From: an uncultured Chloroflexia bacterium
GTDB lineage: Bacteria > Chloroflexota > Anaerolineae > B4-G1 > SLSP01
Direction: 5' to 3'
Assembly (NCBI GenBank): GCA_963751345.1
Contig: CAVVUS010000010.1
Location: 208,753-272,752, forward strand
Length of the DNA: 64,000 nucleotides
In this document: one piece after another, positions 21,935 to 33,612 of the stretch
Position numbering within the stretch: position 1 is the first letter of the stretch
Layout: the number at the start of each line of letters is the position of its first letter
Position numbers and translations under genes: made by a program
The notes under the pieces: model-generated
The model's database searches: none
Told to the model about the DNA's origin: nothing
What the model saw: the letters and a program-made list of their open reading frames with translations, nothing else

Positions 21935-23092
21935 GTGAGATACGCTGTGCTGCTGGTAGCTGTGCTCTTGGTCGCGTGTAGTGCTACCGCTGAGTCGACT
22001 CCATTGCCTACTCCCACCGCGGCCCCGACGGCAGCACCGACGGCCATGCCGCCTGACGTGATGGCCCAGGCTCGACGCCTGGGGCGCGGTGTCAACCTGG
22101 GAAACGCGCTGGAGGCTCCTGAAGAGGGCGAGTGGGGCATGGTCATCGAGCCTGAGTTCTTCCCGCTGATCCGTGAGGCCGGCTTCGATACCGTGCGCGT
22201 CCCTATCCGCTGGTCGGCCCACGCGATGGTTGCGGCGCCGTATACCGTCGATGCTGCGTTCTTCGAGCGCGTCGACGAGGTGATCGGTCAGGCCCTGGAC
22301 CAGGGACTCAACGTGGTGATCAATATGCACCACTATGATGAGATCTTTGTCTCGCCCGCCGATCACGAGGACCGGTTTGTCGCGATGTGGGAGCAGATCG
22401 CGGCGCGCTACCAGGACATGCCGGACAGCGTCTACTTTGAGCCGCTGAATGAGCCCAACGGGAGCCTGGACGCCGTCACCTGGAACGCCCTGCTGGCGAG
22501 GACCATCACGGCGATTCGCGAGGCGGATGGGGGTCGCCATACGCTGATTGTAGGCGGCGCCGACTGGAACAGCATTGCGGGTCTGCGGTACCTGGTGCTG
22601 CCCGACGGTGAGGACAACGTCATCGCGACCTTCCATTACTACGAACCTTTCCTCTTCACCCATCAGGGCGCGGAATGGGTCGGGCCGGAGTATGGCACTC
22701 TGGGGGTCACGTGGCCGGGGCCGCCCGACGCGGAGATCGCATTGACTCCGGAAGCAAAGGCAACTGATTGGGTTCGCAACTGGTTCAACCGCTACCAGCA
22801 GGTATCAGGGCGCGAGAATCCGGCAAGTCCGGAGCAGATCGCCCGCGCATTTGACGATGCAGCGGCATGGAGCGAGCGACAGAGTGTACCGCTCTGGTTG
22901 GGTGAGTTCGGTGCCTACAGTACCGCCGACATGGCCTCTCGCGCGCGCTGGACCGCCACAGTGCGGGAGGAAGCGGAGGCACGGGGCATTATGTGGGCCT
23001 ACTGGGAGTTTGGCGCCGGATTTGGGGTCTATGACCGTAAGTCGCAGAGCTGGCGCACGCCGCTGCTTGAAGCCTTGGTTCCTGCGGAGTGA
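21935..23092 (+). CDS. GH5 endoglucanase lipoprotein
   Basis: Lipobox LVAC; GVNLGNALEA; NEP acid/base motif; GEFG nucleophile motif. Confidence 0.92.
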   Translation: MRYAVLLVAVLLVACSATAESTPLPTPTAAPTAAPTAMPPDVMAQARRLGRGVNLGNALEAPEEGEWGMVIEPEFFPLIREAGFDTVRVPIRWSAHAMVAAPYTVDAAFFERVDEVIGQALDQGLNVVINMHHYDEIFVSPADHEDRFVAMWEQIAARYQDMPDSVYFEPLNEPNGSLDAVTWNALLARTITAIREADGGRHTLIVGGADWNSIAGLRYLVLPDGEDNVIATFHYYEPFLFTHQGAEWVGPEYGTLGVTWPGPPDAEIALTPEAKATDWVRNWFNRYQQVSGRENPASPEQIARAFDDAAAWSERQSVPLWLGEFGAYSTADMASRARWTATVREEAEARGIMWAYWEFGAGFGVYDRKSQSWRTPLLEALVPAE

Positions 23093-23233
23093 GATCCTGG
23101 CCCTTTGCCTTTTCCGGGGAACGCGGTAATCTATCTGCCATAGCCATTACAGCTTTTCCCGCCTCATCACGTGGCGCGGGATGGTATATTGTTATTCCCT
23201 TTGAGAGACTTTCCATTGTGGAGGAATAATTCC

Positions 23234-24478
23234 ATGTCACCGAATCAGCGTGACCGTGCCATATCGACGTCGTCAACTTCTCGCATATCGCGACGACGTT
23301 TTCTTGAGCTCGCCGGCGCCGCCGCTGCGGGCCTGCTGATCTCGAGCTGCACGCCGGAACCGTCGGCAGCGCCCGTAGAGAGTGTCCCCACGTCCGGCCC
23401 CACGGCTGCTGCGCCGGCCGTTGCCGACGCGACGCAGGTGGCGTCGACGCCCGCGGCAACGACCGAAGCTGCCGTGGCGCAATCGGCGCCGACCGGCTTA
23501 TCGAGCCAGGTGGCAATCGCCACTGCCCAGGACTACGATCGCACGCGGATCTACAACGCCATACGCGATATGCTGGACAACCTCGGTGGGTTTGGCGACG
23601 TGGTCAGGCCTGGTGATCGCGTCGCGATCAAGACCAACCTCACGGGGGGACTGGGCAATAACGCGCCGGCCGGTCTGACGCCGATGCAGTCCTTTGTTAC
23701 GCATCCCGAGGTCGTGCGGGCGCTGGGGGCCCTCGTGCTCGATGCAGGGGCTGCCGAGGTCTTCATCGTTGAGGCCGTCTACCAGTGGGGGTCGTATACA
23801 CAGTGGGGCTACGAGGAAGCTGCCAAGGATATCGGTGCGACCTTGATTGACCTCAATTCCCCGGATCCCTACGATGAGTTCGTGGACGTCCCTGTTCCTG
23901 GGGGCGGCCGATTTTACGATGCCTTTAGCCTGAATCCCCTCCTACAGGAAGTCGACGCGTTCATGTCCGTTTCGAAGATGAAATGCCATTGGGTTGCGGG
24001 GGTCACCCATACGATGAAAAACCTGTTTGGGATAGCTCCCTTGCAGGTCTATCGCTCGGGCAGTCGGGACACCTATCGCTCGGGCTTTCACGGCCCTTCG
24101 GACGAGACAGCAGGACAACGAGTGCCGGAGATTATTGTCGATCTCAACAAGACGCGCCCGGTCAACTTCTCTCTCATCGACGGCGTGATGACGTCCCAGG
24201 GAGGGGAGGGCCCGTGGATCCAGACCTTCACCTCAATCGCGCCCGGCGTGCTTTTCGCGGGCAAGGATCCCGTTGCGACCGACTCCGTCGCGACGGTTGC
24301 CATGGGCTTCGATCCGACCGCGGCCCCGATGACCGTGCCTTTCGTCCGGGGCAAGAACCACATCGCCATTGCCGCTGCGGCCGGGTTGGGGACCAATCGG
24401 TTGGATGAGATCGAGATCGTGGGCTCGAGTCTCGATGAGGTGACGCGCGCCTTCAATCCGTGCGTAGTCGGCCTGTAA
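23234..24478 (+). CDS. Tat-exported DUF362 protein
   Basis: SRRRFL signal; IKTNL, THPEV, KMKCH, MKN and DPVATD motifs. Confidence 0.85.
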   Translation: MSPNQRDRAISTSSTSRISRRRFLELAGAAAAGLLISSCTPEPSAAPVESVPTSGPTAAAPAVADATQVASTPAATTEAAVAQSAPTGLSSQVAIATAQDYDRTRIYNAIRDMLDNLGGFGDVVRPGDRVAIKTNLTGGLGNNAPAGLTPMQSFVTHPEVVRALGALVLDAGAAEVFIVEAVYQWGSYTQWGYEEAAKDIGATLIDLNSPDPYDEFVDVPVPGGGRFYDAFSLNPLLQEVDAFMSVSKMKCHWVAGVTHTMKNLFGIAPLQVYRSGSRDTYRSGFHGPSDETAGQRVPEIIVDLNKTRPVNFSLIDGVMTSQGGEGPWIQTFTSIAPGVLFAGKDPVATDSVATVAMGFDPTAAPMTVPFVRGKNHIAIAAAAGLGTNRLDEIEIVGSSLDEVTRAFNPCVVGL

Positions 24479-24490
24479 TAGGGCCGGTTG

Positions 24491-24518
24491 TTGCGATTTC
24501 CGCGAGTCCGTGTAGAAT
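24491..24518 (+). promoter_or_regulatory. Promoter TTGCGA-N16-TAGAAT
   Basis: Direct match upstream of the 24602 gene. Confidence 0.5.
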
Positions 24519-24601
24519 CGGACCGTTCACCTTTCCCAATGTCCAGCCACCCGGCCGGCTAAGTTGGCATCATTTCCTTGAAGGAGACAGGGCATCCCGT
24601 C

Positions 24602-27159
24602 ATGGCGACACCATTTCTCGAATACGAACTTCAGGATGGCTTTGTTAACAATTGGCTTGTAGTCGGTCCCGTGGAAACCGCTATCGCCCCCGCGTCCGAT
24701 GGCGGCCTGAGTGAGTCCGAACGCAAGTTGCACATTGTACAGGAATATCAACGCGAGCGTGGGTTGGCAGGGTCAGGCACGGGATTGGTCGGCGAGCCCG
24801 TCGACCGGGGTGCTGTGACCGTCGATGGGGAGGGGTTCCGGTGGTCCTATGTACGGTGTCTGGATGACCACTTCGTCGATCTATCGACCTTCCGTCACAA
24901 TTGGACGTATCTTCGGGCTTGGGCCTACACACGGTTGAGCCTGTTTGACCCGGCGGAAGTCACCTTTGTACTCACTACCAACGGGCCGGCGGATGTGTGG
25001 ATCAATGGGCAGCCCGTCCATCGCCACGAGCACTTCCACCATCAGGACCCGAAGAGCGTCTCGTTTCAGGCCTCGCTGCAAGCCGGTGATAACGAGATCC
25101 TCGTGCGGTTCGAGGAGGTGGCGGCTCGTGAGTGCCCCTACGTGATGGCCTTGGCGCTGGAAGGTGACTTTGAAGCTGAGGATGTCGAGGTTAAGATTCC
25201 CTCGGCAACCGGAGCGCACCGTACGTCATCAGATGTTCGAGCAAGTCTTCGAGCAATCCTCTATCGAGGATGTGGCTAACTACCGTGGCAAGGTGCTCAA
25301 CCTGCACTGGTCCGACGATCTGGAAGCCAACTTCAGATACCAATACAGCATCCAGGGACCCGGCGACCGCATCAATGTGGACGGCAAAGTGGAGGCGGCA
25401 CCGGGTGTGGTGGTCGACATTGGCCACGGCTTCCGAATCTGGCAGGGACCGTATCGTGCGGTCGTTCGCCCGATTCCCAAGGAGTACTACGAATACGATA
25501 TCCGCTACCAATGGGATATGCCGGTTTACATCCTGGACAACGAGTATTCCGAGACGCCCTATGGCACCCTGGAAGAGCGCAGCCAGGAGGCACTGGAATA
25601 CGCGGTAACCCAGAAGGACGACCTCTACGCCGAGATTGCCAAGTTCAAGCTGGGCAAATGGGCGGATGTTGACCAGGACGTGATCCTCAGTGCCATCGAG
25701 TCGATCAACCACCGTGAGGATTGCAGCGATTTCTATCTGGTCGGTTTGTTGGGCGCAATCGCCCGCTTTGGCGGCGAGGACGGATTCCCCGATGCGCTCA
25801 GATCAGCAGTCAAGGAGTGCGCGTTAGGCTTCAAGTACTGGCTGGATGAGCCTGGTGTGGATGCGATGGCTTACGCCACGGAGAATCACTCCATTCTCTT
25901 TCACACCTGCGAAATCCTGGCCGGCCAGCTCTATCCTGACGACGTCTTCACCAATGTGGGGGAGGCGGGCGGGTGGCACCGTGAGAAGGGCGAGAAGTTG
26001 GCCACGGCATGGCTTGAGCAGCGTGCCAAGGCCGGTTTCTGGGAATGGGACTCCAACTGCTACTTTCGATGAGGATGTGTTGGCGCTCTCACACCTGGCC
26101 GGGCTTGCCGAGGCCGAGGATGTCGGCGAGTTGGCCGCGGTCGTGATGGACAAGCTCCTCTTCACACTCGCTCTGAGTTCGTATAAGGGCGTCTTCGGCT
26201 CGACCCATGGGCGGACCTATGCCCAGATGATCAAGACCGGAAAGTTGGAGCCCACGTCGGGCATCGGTCGGCTTCTCTGGGGCACCGGAGTCTACAACCA
26301 ACACCTGCGCGGGCTGGTGGGTTTGGTGTGCTCGGAATACACTTTCCCTCTGATGATCGGCCTCATTGCGAACGATGCTTCCGCCGAAATGTGGGATCGC
26401 GAGCGGCACGTCATCAGTGATGCCGGCGACGAGGTGAATAAGGTCACCTACAGGACGCCCGACTACATGCTCGCGTCGGCACAGGATTTCCGCCCGGGTG
26501 AGAAGGGTTACCAGCAGCATATTTGGCAGGCCACCCTTGGTCCCGACGCGGTGGTCTTCGTCAACCATCCCCCCTGTGTGAGCGAAGACGGCGCGCACCG
26601 GCCAAACTTTTGGTCGGGCAACTACGTTTTGCCGCGGGTTGCCCAGTGGAAAGATACCTTGATCGCGCTACACGACCTGCCCGAGGACGATTGGTTGGGC
26701 TTCACTCATGCTCACTTTCCCGTGTATGCCTTTGACGAGTACGTGATCCGTGGCGACTGGGCATTCGCGCGCAAGGGCGACGGATACGTAGCATTAGGGG
26801 CTTCGCAAGGGCTATCCTTGATCAAGCGCGGTCCCGCAGCCTATCGAGAGCTCCGCTCTCCAGGACGCCAGAATGCCTGGGTCTGCCAGATGGGACGTGC
26901 CGCGGTGGACGGTGACTTCGACGCATTTCAGGACAGAGTGCTGGGCCTCACGTTTGACGTCGAGGGTTTGAACGTGCAGTTCGAGACGCTCCGAGGTGAG
27001 ATGCTGTCGTTCGGATGGCGGGGCCCGCTATTGCGCGATGGGCAGGAAGAGCCCATCGCCGGGTTCAAACACTACGAGAACCCATTCTGCACAGCCGAGC
27101 TGGGCGCCGAGACAATGGATATCCAACTGGGTGGATATGTGATGCGTTTGCAGTTCTGA
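24602..27159 (+). CDS. Large conserved hypothetical protein, possibly carbohydrate-active (two frameshifts)
   Basis: Three overlapping ORFs join; REDCSDF, ENH, EWDSNCY and HGRTY motifs; lies in the sugar locus. Confidence 0.6.
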
Positions 27160-27362
27160 GGCGTTCACCCCAAACCTGGGGGCCTATGAAGCACCTTAAC
27201 AGGCGGCCTTCGCGAGGATGTGATGGTCTGGCTGTTGTGATCCGTCACGGTGGAAATGACGGTGACGTGCCTACATGCGGTCCAAACGCCGGATTGGCGA
27301 TAGAATTCGCACGGAATGGTAGCCGATTATGACATTTGGCGCCAAAATGGCCGAACATTCTC

Positions 27363-27418
27363 TTGTAATGCGCAAAAACATGAGTATAATGGCCTTATGA
27401 CGTTGTGACGGCTCACAA
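27363..27418 (+). promoter_or_regulatory. Promoter TTGTAA-N16-TATAAT with LacI-type operator TTGTGACGGCTCACAA (27403-27418)
   Basis: lacO-like palindrome just downstream of the -10 box of the LacI gene. Confidence 0.7.
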
Positions 27419-27438
27419 TTTCTGAAAGCCCACACTCG

Positions 27439-28452
27439 ATGCCCGAATCTCAAGTGAAGCTCGCAACACTGCGTGATGTGGCCGATATCGCCGGGGTCTC
27501 GTACCAGACGGTATGGCGTGTGGTGAATGAGCATCCCCACGTAGCGGCAGATACGCGGGAGCGTGTGCTTCAGGCAGTTCGTGAATTGGACTACCGACCC
27601 CATCGCGCGGCACAGGTGTTGACTACGGGGCGCTCTTTCATTCTCCAGTTGGCGATTTTTGAGCAACGCTACGGCAACCCGCTCTCGTCTATCCTGCATT
27701 GGGCCTGGGAGTTCGGTTATACGATGGTCGTGACGGAACTCCGAGATGCCACGTCGGAGGAATCCATCCGGACGATGCTGCGCGACACTGCGCAGATTAT
27801 CGATGGCCTGTTGATGGTGATGCCGTACCCGCATCTCTCCTATGAGGCACTCGAAGAGCTTTGCCAGGGAAAGCCCTTTGTCATCGTAAGTACAGAGTTG
27901 GGCGCGAAAATGCCCTCGGTCGTGTTTGATCAACGTCACGGTACACGCCTGGCGGTGGAGCACTTGCTCTCACTAGGTCACCGCCAGATCGCCGAGATCA
28001 GCGGACCGCTTGACAATTGTGACGCCCGCGCGCGGCATAGCACCTGGCTGAAGATGGCCAAATGCCAGGGCCTTGAACCGGGGCCGAGCGTGGCCGGGAC
28101 CTTCGACGTGCGCAGTGGGTATACGGGCGCCAAGCGGCTTCTGAGCAGCCAGCAGCCGTTTTCGGCGATCCTCGTGGGTAACGATCTGATGGCTCTGGGC
28201 GCTATGCACGCTCTGAGTGAAGCCGGGCTTCGTGTGCCGGAGGATGTTTCGATTGTGGGCTTCGATGATATCGAGGAAGCCGCCCATTTCGCCCCGCCCC
28301 TGACCACGGTGCGGCAGCATTTCGACGTTTTAGGCAGGGAGAGCGTGGAGTACCTGGTCTCCCTGATCGAGGACACGACCACCCCCATTCAACAGCGTGT
28401 CCTGTATCCGGAGTTAGTGATTCGGCAAAGCGCGCAGAATATCATCGTCTAG
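27439..28452 (+). CDS. LacI family transcriptional regulator
   Basis: TLRDVA..AGVS.QTV.RV HTH; VPEDVSIVGFDD; PPLTTV. Confidence 0.95.
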   Translation: MPESQVKLATLRDVADIAGVSYQTVWRVVNEHPHVAADTRERVLQAVRELDYRPHRAAQVLTTGRSFILQLAIFEQRYGNPLSSILHWAWEFGYTMVVTELRDATSEESIRTMLRDTAQIIDGLLMVMPYPHLSYEALEELCQGKPFVIVSTELGAKMPSVVFDQRHGTRLAVEHLLSLGHRQIAEISGPLDNCDARARHSTWLKMAKCQGLEPGPSVAGTFDVRSGYTGAKRLLSSQQPFSAILVGNDLMALGAMHALSEAGLRVPEDVSIVGFDDIEEAAHFAPPLTTVRQHFDVLGRESVEYLVSLIEDTTTPIQQRVLYPELVIRQSAQNIIV

Positions 28453-28558
28453 GGTTGCGTGAACAGAAAGGAGGTGACGCAAGGAGAGCGAATAATCGAA
28501 GTGACCCCGCGATGTGCATCGCTTTAGTCTGAGTATTCCCAAGTCTCTAGGAGGAAGA

Positions 28559-30455
28559 ATGATGAAGAAGATTTCACGTCGGCAGTTCCTGCGCATCTCA
28601 GCTGTTGCTGGAGCAGGTGCTGTGTTGGCGGCCTGTGGGACCGCAGCTCCCACGGAGGCTCCTACGTCGGCCCCCGGAGGGGCAGCGGTGGAGCCTACGG
28701 CGACTGCCAAGCCTGTGATCCCCCCGACCGCTGCGCCGGCGGCTGTCGATACCCCGACGCCGGTGGCCGAAATGGTTTGGCCCCGAGTTGACGTAGCGCG
28801 CGAGCGCACGATGGCCTGCATGAACGGCGTCCATCCCGTTGGCATCGGCAACCCGTACGCCTCCGGCTACAGCCACCAGCAAGGTGCTGCCTCACAGCAT
28901 GAAGCGCTGTGGTACTACGCTGCAGGCAACGACAAGACCTATCCCTGGCTGGCTGAGAGTTACGAGTACAACGACGACGCCACCGAGGTGACCTTCTACT
29001 TGCGCAAGGGCGCGAAGTGGAACGACGGTGAGGACTTCAATGCAACAGATGTTGCCTTCACCTATCAGATGCTGATGGATTTCGCCCCGACACTGCGAAA
29101 CTCGACGGATACCAAGAACAAGGTGTCCAAGGTCGAGGCTCTGGACGACTACACCGTCAAGTTCACGCTGAGCGAGCAGAACTACCGCTTCCAGTTCACC
29201 GAGGGTACCTTCCGCTTCGACCTCGGCACCTATCTGGCGGCCGAGCACGTCTTCAACCAGTTCGCGACTGCGGAAGATATCCAGAATGGCTTGGAGTGGG
29301 ATCCGGACAACGGCGTACATCCCGTCCACACGGGTCCGTATCTGATGACTCGTACGGAGGAGAACTTCACCGAGTTCCAGTTGCGCTATGAGTGGTGGGC
29401 GGTCGACGTCGGCCTGGCCGATGGGATGCCCTGGCCTCAGGCGATCACCGACATCGCTTATCCCAGCGACGAGTTAGGTGCGCAGCTCCTCATCAACAAC
29501 GAGGTGGACGCGACGCTGGACCTGCGACCCGCGACGATCCAGTCGATCCTGGAGCAGGCAAGCGACCATATCATATCCCACACCGGCCTCGAGAAGCCCT
29601 ATGGCTACACCGACTGGTGGCCCATCTCGCTCTATCCGAACAACCTCGAGTGGCCGTATGACGATGTTCGCGTTCGCTGGGCACTGGCCTACGCGATCGA
29701 TCAGCAGACCCTCGTGGACGTCGGCTGGAACGGTGCGGGCACGGTGGCCTATGGCCCCTTCCCCAACTATCCGGGCATCGTGCCAGTACTTCCAGAGTCC
29801 GGCGATGAAGACGTTGTTCGAGACGTACAATGTGCTCGAGTCCAGCCAGGATAAGGTCGATGCGTTGATGACCGACGCCGGCTTCAGCAAGGACGGTGAT
29901 GGCTTCTGGGCCGATGCCGATGGCAATAAGCCGGACAGCACGGTCTACGCTGCAGTCCCGCTCTTTGGCGACATCGGACCCATCACCGCTGAGTTGCTGC
30001 GCAGGGCCGGGTTCGACAGCAATCACGCTTCGCCGCCCGACGTCTGGACGTTGAAGGACAATGGCCAGGCGCTGCTACATATGTTCGGTCACGGAGGCAG
30101 TGTCAAGGAGCCCTTCCGGACTCTTGACTACTACCACAGTCGATGGAAGAAGCCCACGGGCGAGTCCTGCGGCAACAACCGCCCCCGCTGGTCCGATGAT
30201 CAGTACGATGCCCTACTCGAAGAGATGGGCCGCACCAGCCCGGACGACACCGCGAAGATGCAGGACCTCTTCGATCAGTCGATGGCAATCTGGTACGAGA
30301 AGTTGCCCGAGATCCCGCTAGTCCAGTGGTTCCATCGCCTGGCGATGAACACCACCTACTGGACGAACTGGCCCAACGCCGACAACTGGTACAACACCGC
30401 TTTCTGGCACTTGACGTTCCCCATCACTCTGTGGAACATCGAGCCGACACAGTAA
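28559..30455 (+). CDS. Family-5 ABC substrate-binding lipoprotein (frameshift near 29780)
   Basis: Tat SRRQFL plus LAAC; [16 protein letters not shown] and GTGP-like HTGPY motifs. Confidence 0.9.
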
Positions 30456-30579
30456 GCTGGCAGTAGATCATATCCTATGGCGGGGAGCTCGTCGGGGCTC
30501 CCCGCCCTGATAGGAAGCTGAGAGACGGCCTCGGGTAAGATGGAGTCCACCTAAGGCCGAGAGAGCCCGGAGTCGAAGT

Positions 30580-30664
30580 GTGAAACGTGAAACGTGAAAC
30601 GTGAAATGAATGCCGTCCGGTGGAGCCTGTGCCGGGGCAGTGGTTCACGTCTTACGTTTCGCGT
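30580..30664. repeat. 7-bp tandem repeat (GTGAAAC)x4 with degenerate inverted copies
   Basis: 30580-30607 and TTCACGT/CTTACGT/TTCGCGT at 30644-30664. Confidence 0.7.
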
Positions 30665-30732
30665 ATTCTGGTGCAGCACAGGTGCTGAGCCAATCATGGC
30701 TCTGGGCAAGACACTAACTAAGAGGTGCATTT

Positions 30733-31767
30733 ATGCGAATTCCACCGATGTATGTCATCAAGCGGCTGGGGTTTCTTGTCGCGGTGATGTGGACGGCGGC
30801 AACGCTCAACTTCCTCCTGCCGCACCTGAGTCCGAAAGATCCGGTCGCAGAGCAGGTGACACAGAAGATTGCGTCGGGCGGGCTGACCGCCGAAGCTGCA
30901 CAGCAGATGATGGTGGGCCTGCGAACGCTCTACGGCCTGGACCAGCCGCTGTGGCGGCAGTACCTCAAATACATCTGGAACACTTTCCGCTTTGATCTCG
31001 GCAATTCGATCTACTCCTGGCCGCGGCCGGTTATGGACATCATCAACCAAACGATCTGGTGGACCCTCGGCTTTGCCGGTATGGCCACAGCGTCTTGCCT
31101 TCCTCCTCGGTACGGTGCTGGGAGCGTTGGTGGGGTGGTCCAAGGCGCCGCGGTTCTTTGGCTGGCTGATTCCACCGCTGGCCGTGTTCTCTGCGATACC
31201 GGGCTTCGTGTTGGCGCTCCTCTTGATCTACTTCGGCGCCTTCAAGGCGCAGCAATGGTCGAACGGGACCCTCTACTTCCCGCTCCGCGGTGGCTATTCG
31301 GATAGTACCCTCATCAACTACGCGATTGGGGGTTCTGGAAGGACGCCTTGTGGCACTCGGTCCTGCCGATGCTTCTCGATGTTGATGGTAAGCCGGGAGG
31401 CTGGGCGCTTGGCATGCGCGCAATGATGGTCACTGTCGAGGGGGCGGACTACATTACCTTCGCGGAGGCCAAGGGGCTGAAAGGTACCAGGGTCTTCTTC
31501 CGCTATGCCCTGCGCAACTGCCTGCTGCCCCAGACGACAGCGCTGGCCATGCAACTTGGCGGGATTGTCACGGGTGCAGTGCTGGTGGAGACGATGTTCA
31601 ACTATCCGGGCATCGGCAACCGCCTCAGCACCGCCATCTCGCAGTTTGACTACTACGTTATGTACGGGATCATCTTCTTCCTCGTCTGCGGTATCGCGCT
31701 GGCGACCTTCCTCGTGGACATCGTCTATCCCCTACTTGACCCGCGCATTTCGTATCAGGAGGATTAA
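30733..31767 (+). CDS. ABC permease, DppB/OppB-like (frameshifts)
   Basis: GLDQPLW.QY, AEAKGL, ETMFNYPG and LDPRI motifs. Confidence 0.88.
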
Positions 31768-31769
31768 CG

Positions 31770-32630
31770 ATGAAGCTCAAGAGTTTTGCCAGTTACGTGC
31801 GCCGCAACCCAATGTTGGGGGTGGGGCTGGGCGTGCTGCTCTTCCTCCTCCTCTTCACGACGGTGCCGCGGCTCTTCATCAACACGGAAGACGCTTATGC
31901 TCTGTCGGTACCGATCAACTTGCCGCCTTCGGCCGCACATCCGTTTGGGACGGATAGCCAGGGTAAGGATCTCTTTGCCGGGATGGTCGTTGGCACGGGG
32001 ATGACGCTGACCATCGGCCTGATCGCAGGGGCAATCGGACTGGGACTTGGCGCGTTTCTCGGCTTCACCACCGGCTACTTCGGTGGCATCTTTGATACTG
32101 TGATCAAGTTTATGGTCGATGTGTTGCTCACAATACCGGGTTATCTGCTGTTGTTGTTGATTGCGACCACGCTAACCGACCCGTCGACGATGAAACCGGT
32201 GGAGATGGCGCTGATCCTTTCGATTGTGGCCTGGGTGCAACCAACGCGCACCATCCGCGCCCAGGTACTCAGTATGAAGGAGCGCGCCTTTGTGATGATG
32301 GCGAAGCTCTCCGGGATGAGCGGAATCGAGATCATCCTCAAGGAGATGATGCCAAATCTGTTGCCTTTCCTGGCCATCAGTATGGCGGGAGCGGTGTCCG
32401 GCGCCGTGCTGGGTTCTCTGGGTCTCGAGGCCCTGGGCATCGGCAACCGGCGCGAACCGACCCTGGGAATGATGCTCTACTGGGTCCGCTACTACGCGGC
32501 TTTTATTCGTGGTATGTGGTGGTGGATACTGGAACCGGTGGTAGCTATTGCCCTGGTCTTTATCGCCTTCCTGTCGCTATCCATCGGACTGGATGAGATC
32601 GCGAACCCGAGAACGCGGAGGACAGTATGA
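31770..32630 (+). CDS. ABC permease, DppC/OppC-like
   Basis: HPFGTDSQGKD, IRAQVLS and NPR motifs. Confidence 0.92.
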   Translation: MKLKSFASYVRRNPMLGVGLGVLLFLLLFTTVPRLFINTEDAYALSVPINLPPSAAHPFGTDSQGKDLFAGMVVGTGMTLTIGLIAGAIGLGLGAFLGFTTGYFGGIFDTVIKFMVDVLLTIPGYLLLLLIATTLTDPSTMKPVEMALILSIVAWVQPTRTIRAQVLSMKERAFVMMAKLSGMSGIEIILKEMMPNLLPFLAISMAGAVSGAVLGSLGLEALGIGNRREPTLGMMLYWVRYYAAFIRGMWWWILEPVVAIALVFIAFLSLSIGLDEIANPRTRRTV

Positions 32631-33598
32631 GCGAGCTCGCACCCGCACTGCTGCAGGTTCGAGACCTGCGTGTCTACTACCATGTGGTAGCCGGCGCTGT
32701 GAAGGCCGTCGATGGCGTAACCTTCGACTTACGGGCCGGGACCAAGATGGGTCTCGTGGGTGAATCCGGCTCCGGTAAGTCCACGATGGCGTTGGGATTG
32801 ATGCGGATGATCAAACCGCCGGGCAAGATCGAGGGCGGTCAAATGATCCTTGATGGCGTCGACTTGGTCGGACTTTCAGAAGAGGAGATGCGCCAGACGC
32901 GGCTGAGCAAGGTCGCGATGATCCCGCAGGGCGCGATGAACTCCCTCAACCCCGTGACGAAGATCGAGCGTCAGATTCTCGATGGGATGATGGATCACGG
33001 GATGGTCTTCTCCAGGGATGAGCGCAAGGACAAGATCGCGGAGTTGCTCCGAGGGGTCGATCTCGATCCCAAGGTCGCGCAGATGTTCCCTCACGAGCTG
33101 AGCGGTGGGATGAAGCAGCGGGTGACCGTCGCAATGTCCATCGCCATGAAGCCGGACCTGATCATCGCGGATGAGCCGACGAGTGCGCTTGACGTGGTGA
33201 TCCAGCGTCGTGTGATGGAGACGATCAACCACATTCAGGAGACACTTGGGTTGGCCGTGATCCTGATCGGCCACGATATGGGACTGATGGCGCAGTCCGT
33301 GAACCGCTTAGCGGTGATGTACGCAGGCAAGATGATGGAGATCGGGGACACGGAGGTCATCTTCCGCGATCCGCTGCATCCGTACACGCAGTTGCTGATC
33401 AGTAGCTTGCCGGTGTTGGAGAACAAGGGCGTGTTCAGTGGCATTCCCGGAATCACGCCCTCTCTGTTGGATCCGCCGCCGGGTTGCGTCTTCCACACGC
33501 GATGTCCCAAAGCCTGGGATCTCTGTCGTGAGGTGACGCCCGAGTTCGCCGAGGTTCAGCCGACACGGTGGACCGCCTGCCACTTGCAAACGGCATAG
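32627..33598 (+). CDS. ABC ATPase, DppD-like
   Basis: GESGSGKS, LSGGMKQR, DEPT and HPYT motifs. Confidence 0.95.
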   Translation: MSELAPALLQVRDLRVYYHVVAGAVKAVDGVTFDLRAGTKMGLVGESGSGKSTMALGLMRMIKPPGKIEGGQMILDGVDLVGLSEEEMRQTRLSKVAMIPQGAMNSLNPVTKIERQILDGMMDHGMVFSRDERKDKIAELLRGVDLDPKVAQMFPHELSGGMKQRVTVAMSIAMKPDLIIADEPTSALDVVIQRRVMETINHIQETLGLAVILIGHDMGLMAQSVNRLAVMYAGKMMEIGDTEVIFRDPLHPYTQLLISSLPVLENKGVFSGIPGITPSLLDPPPGCVFHTRCPKAWDLCREVTPEFAEVQPTRWTACHLQTA

Positions 33599-33612
33599 AT
33601 GAGGGTTGAGAC

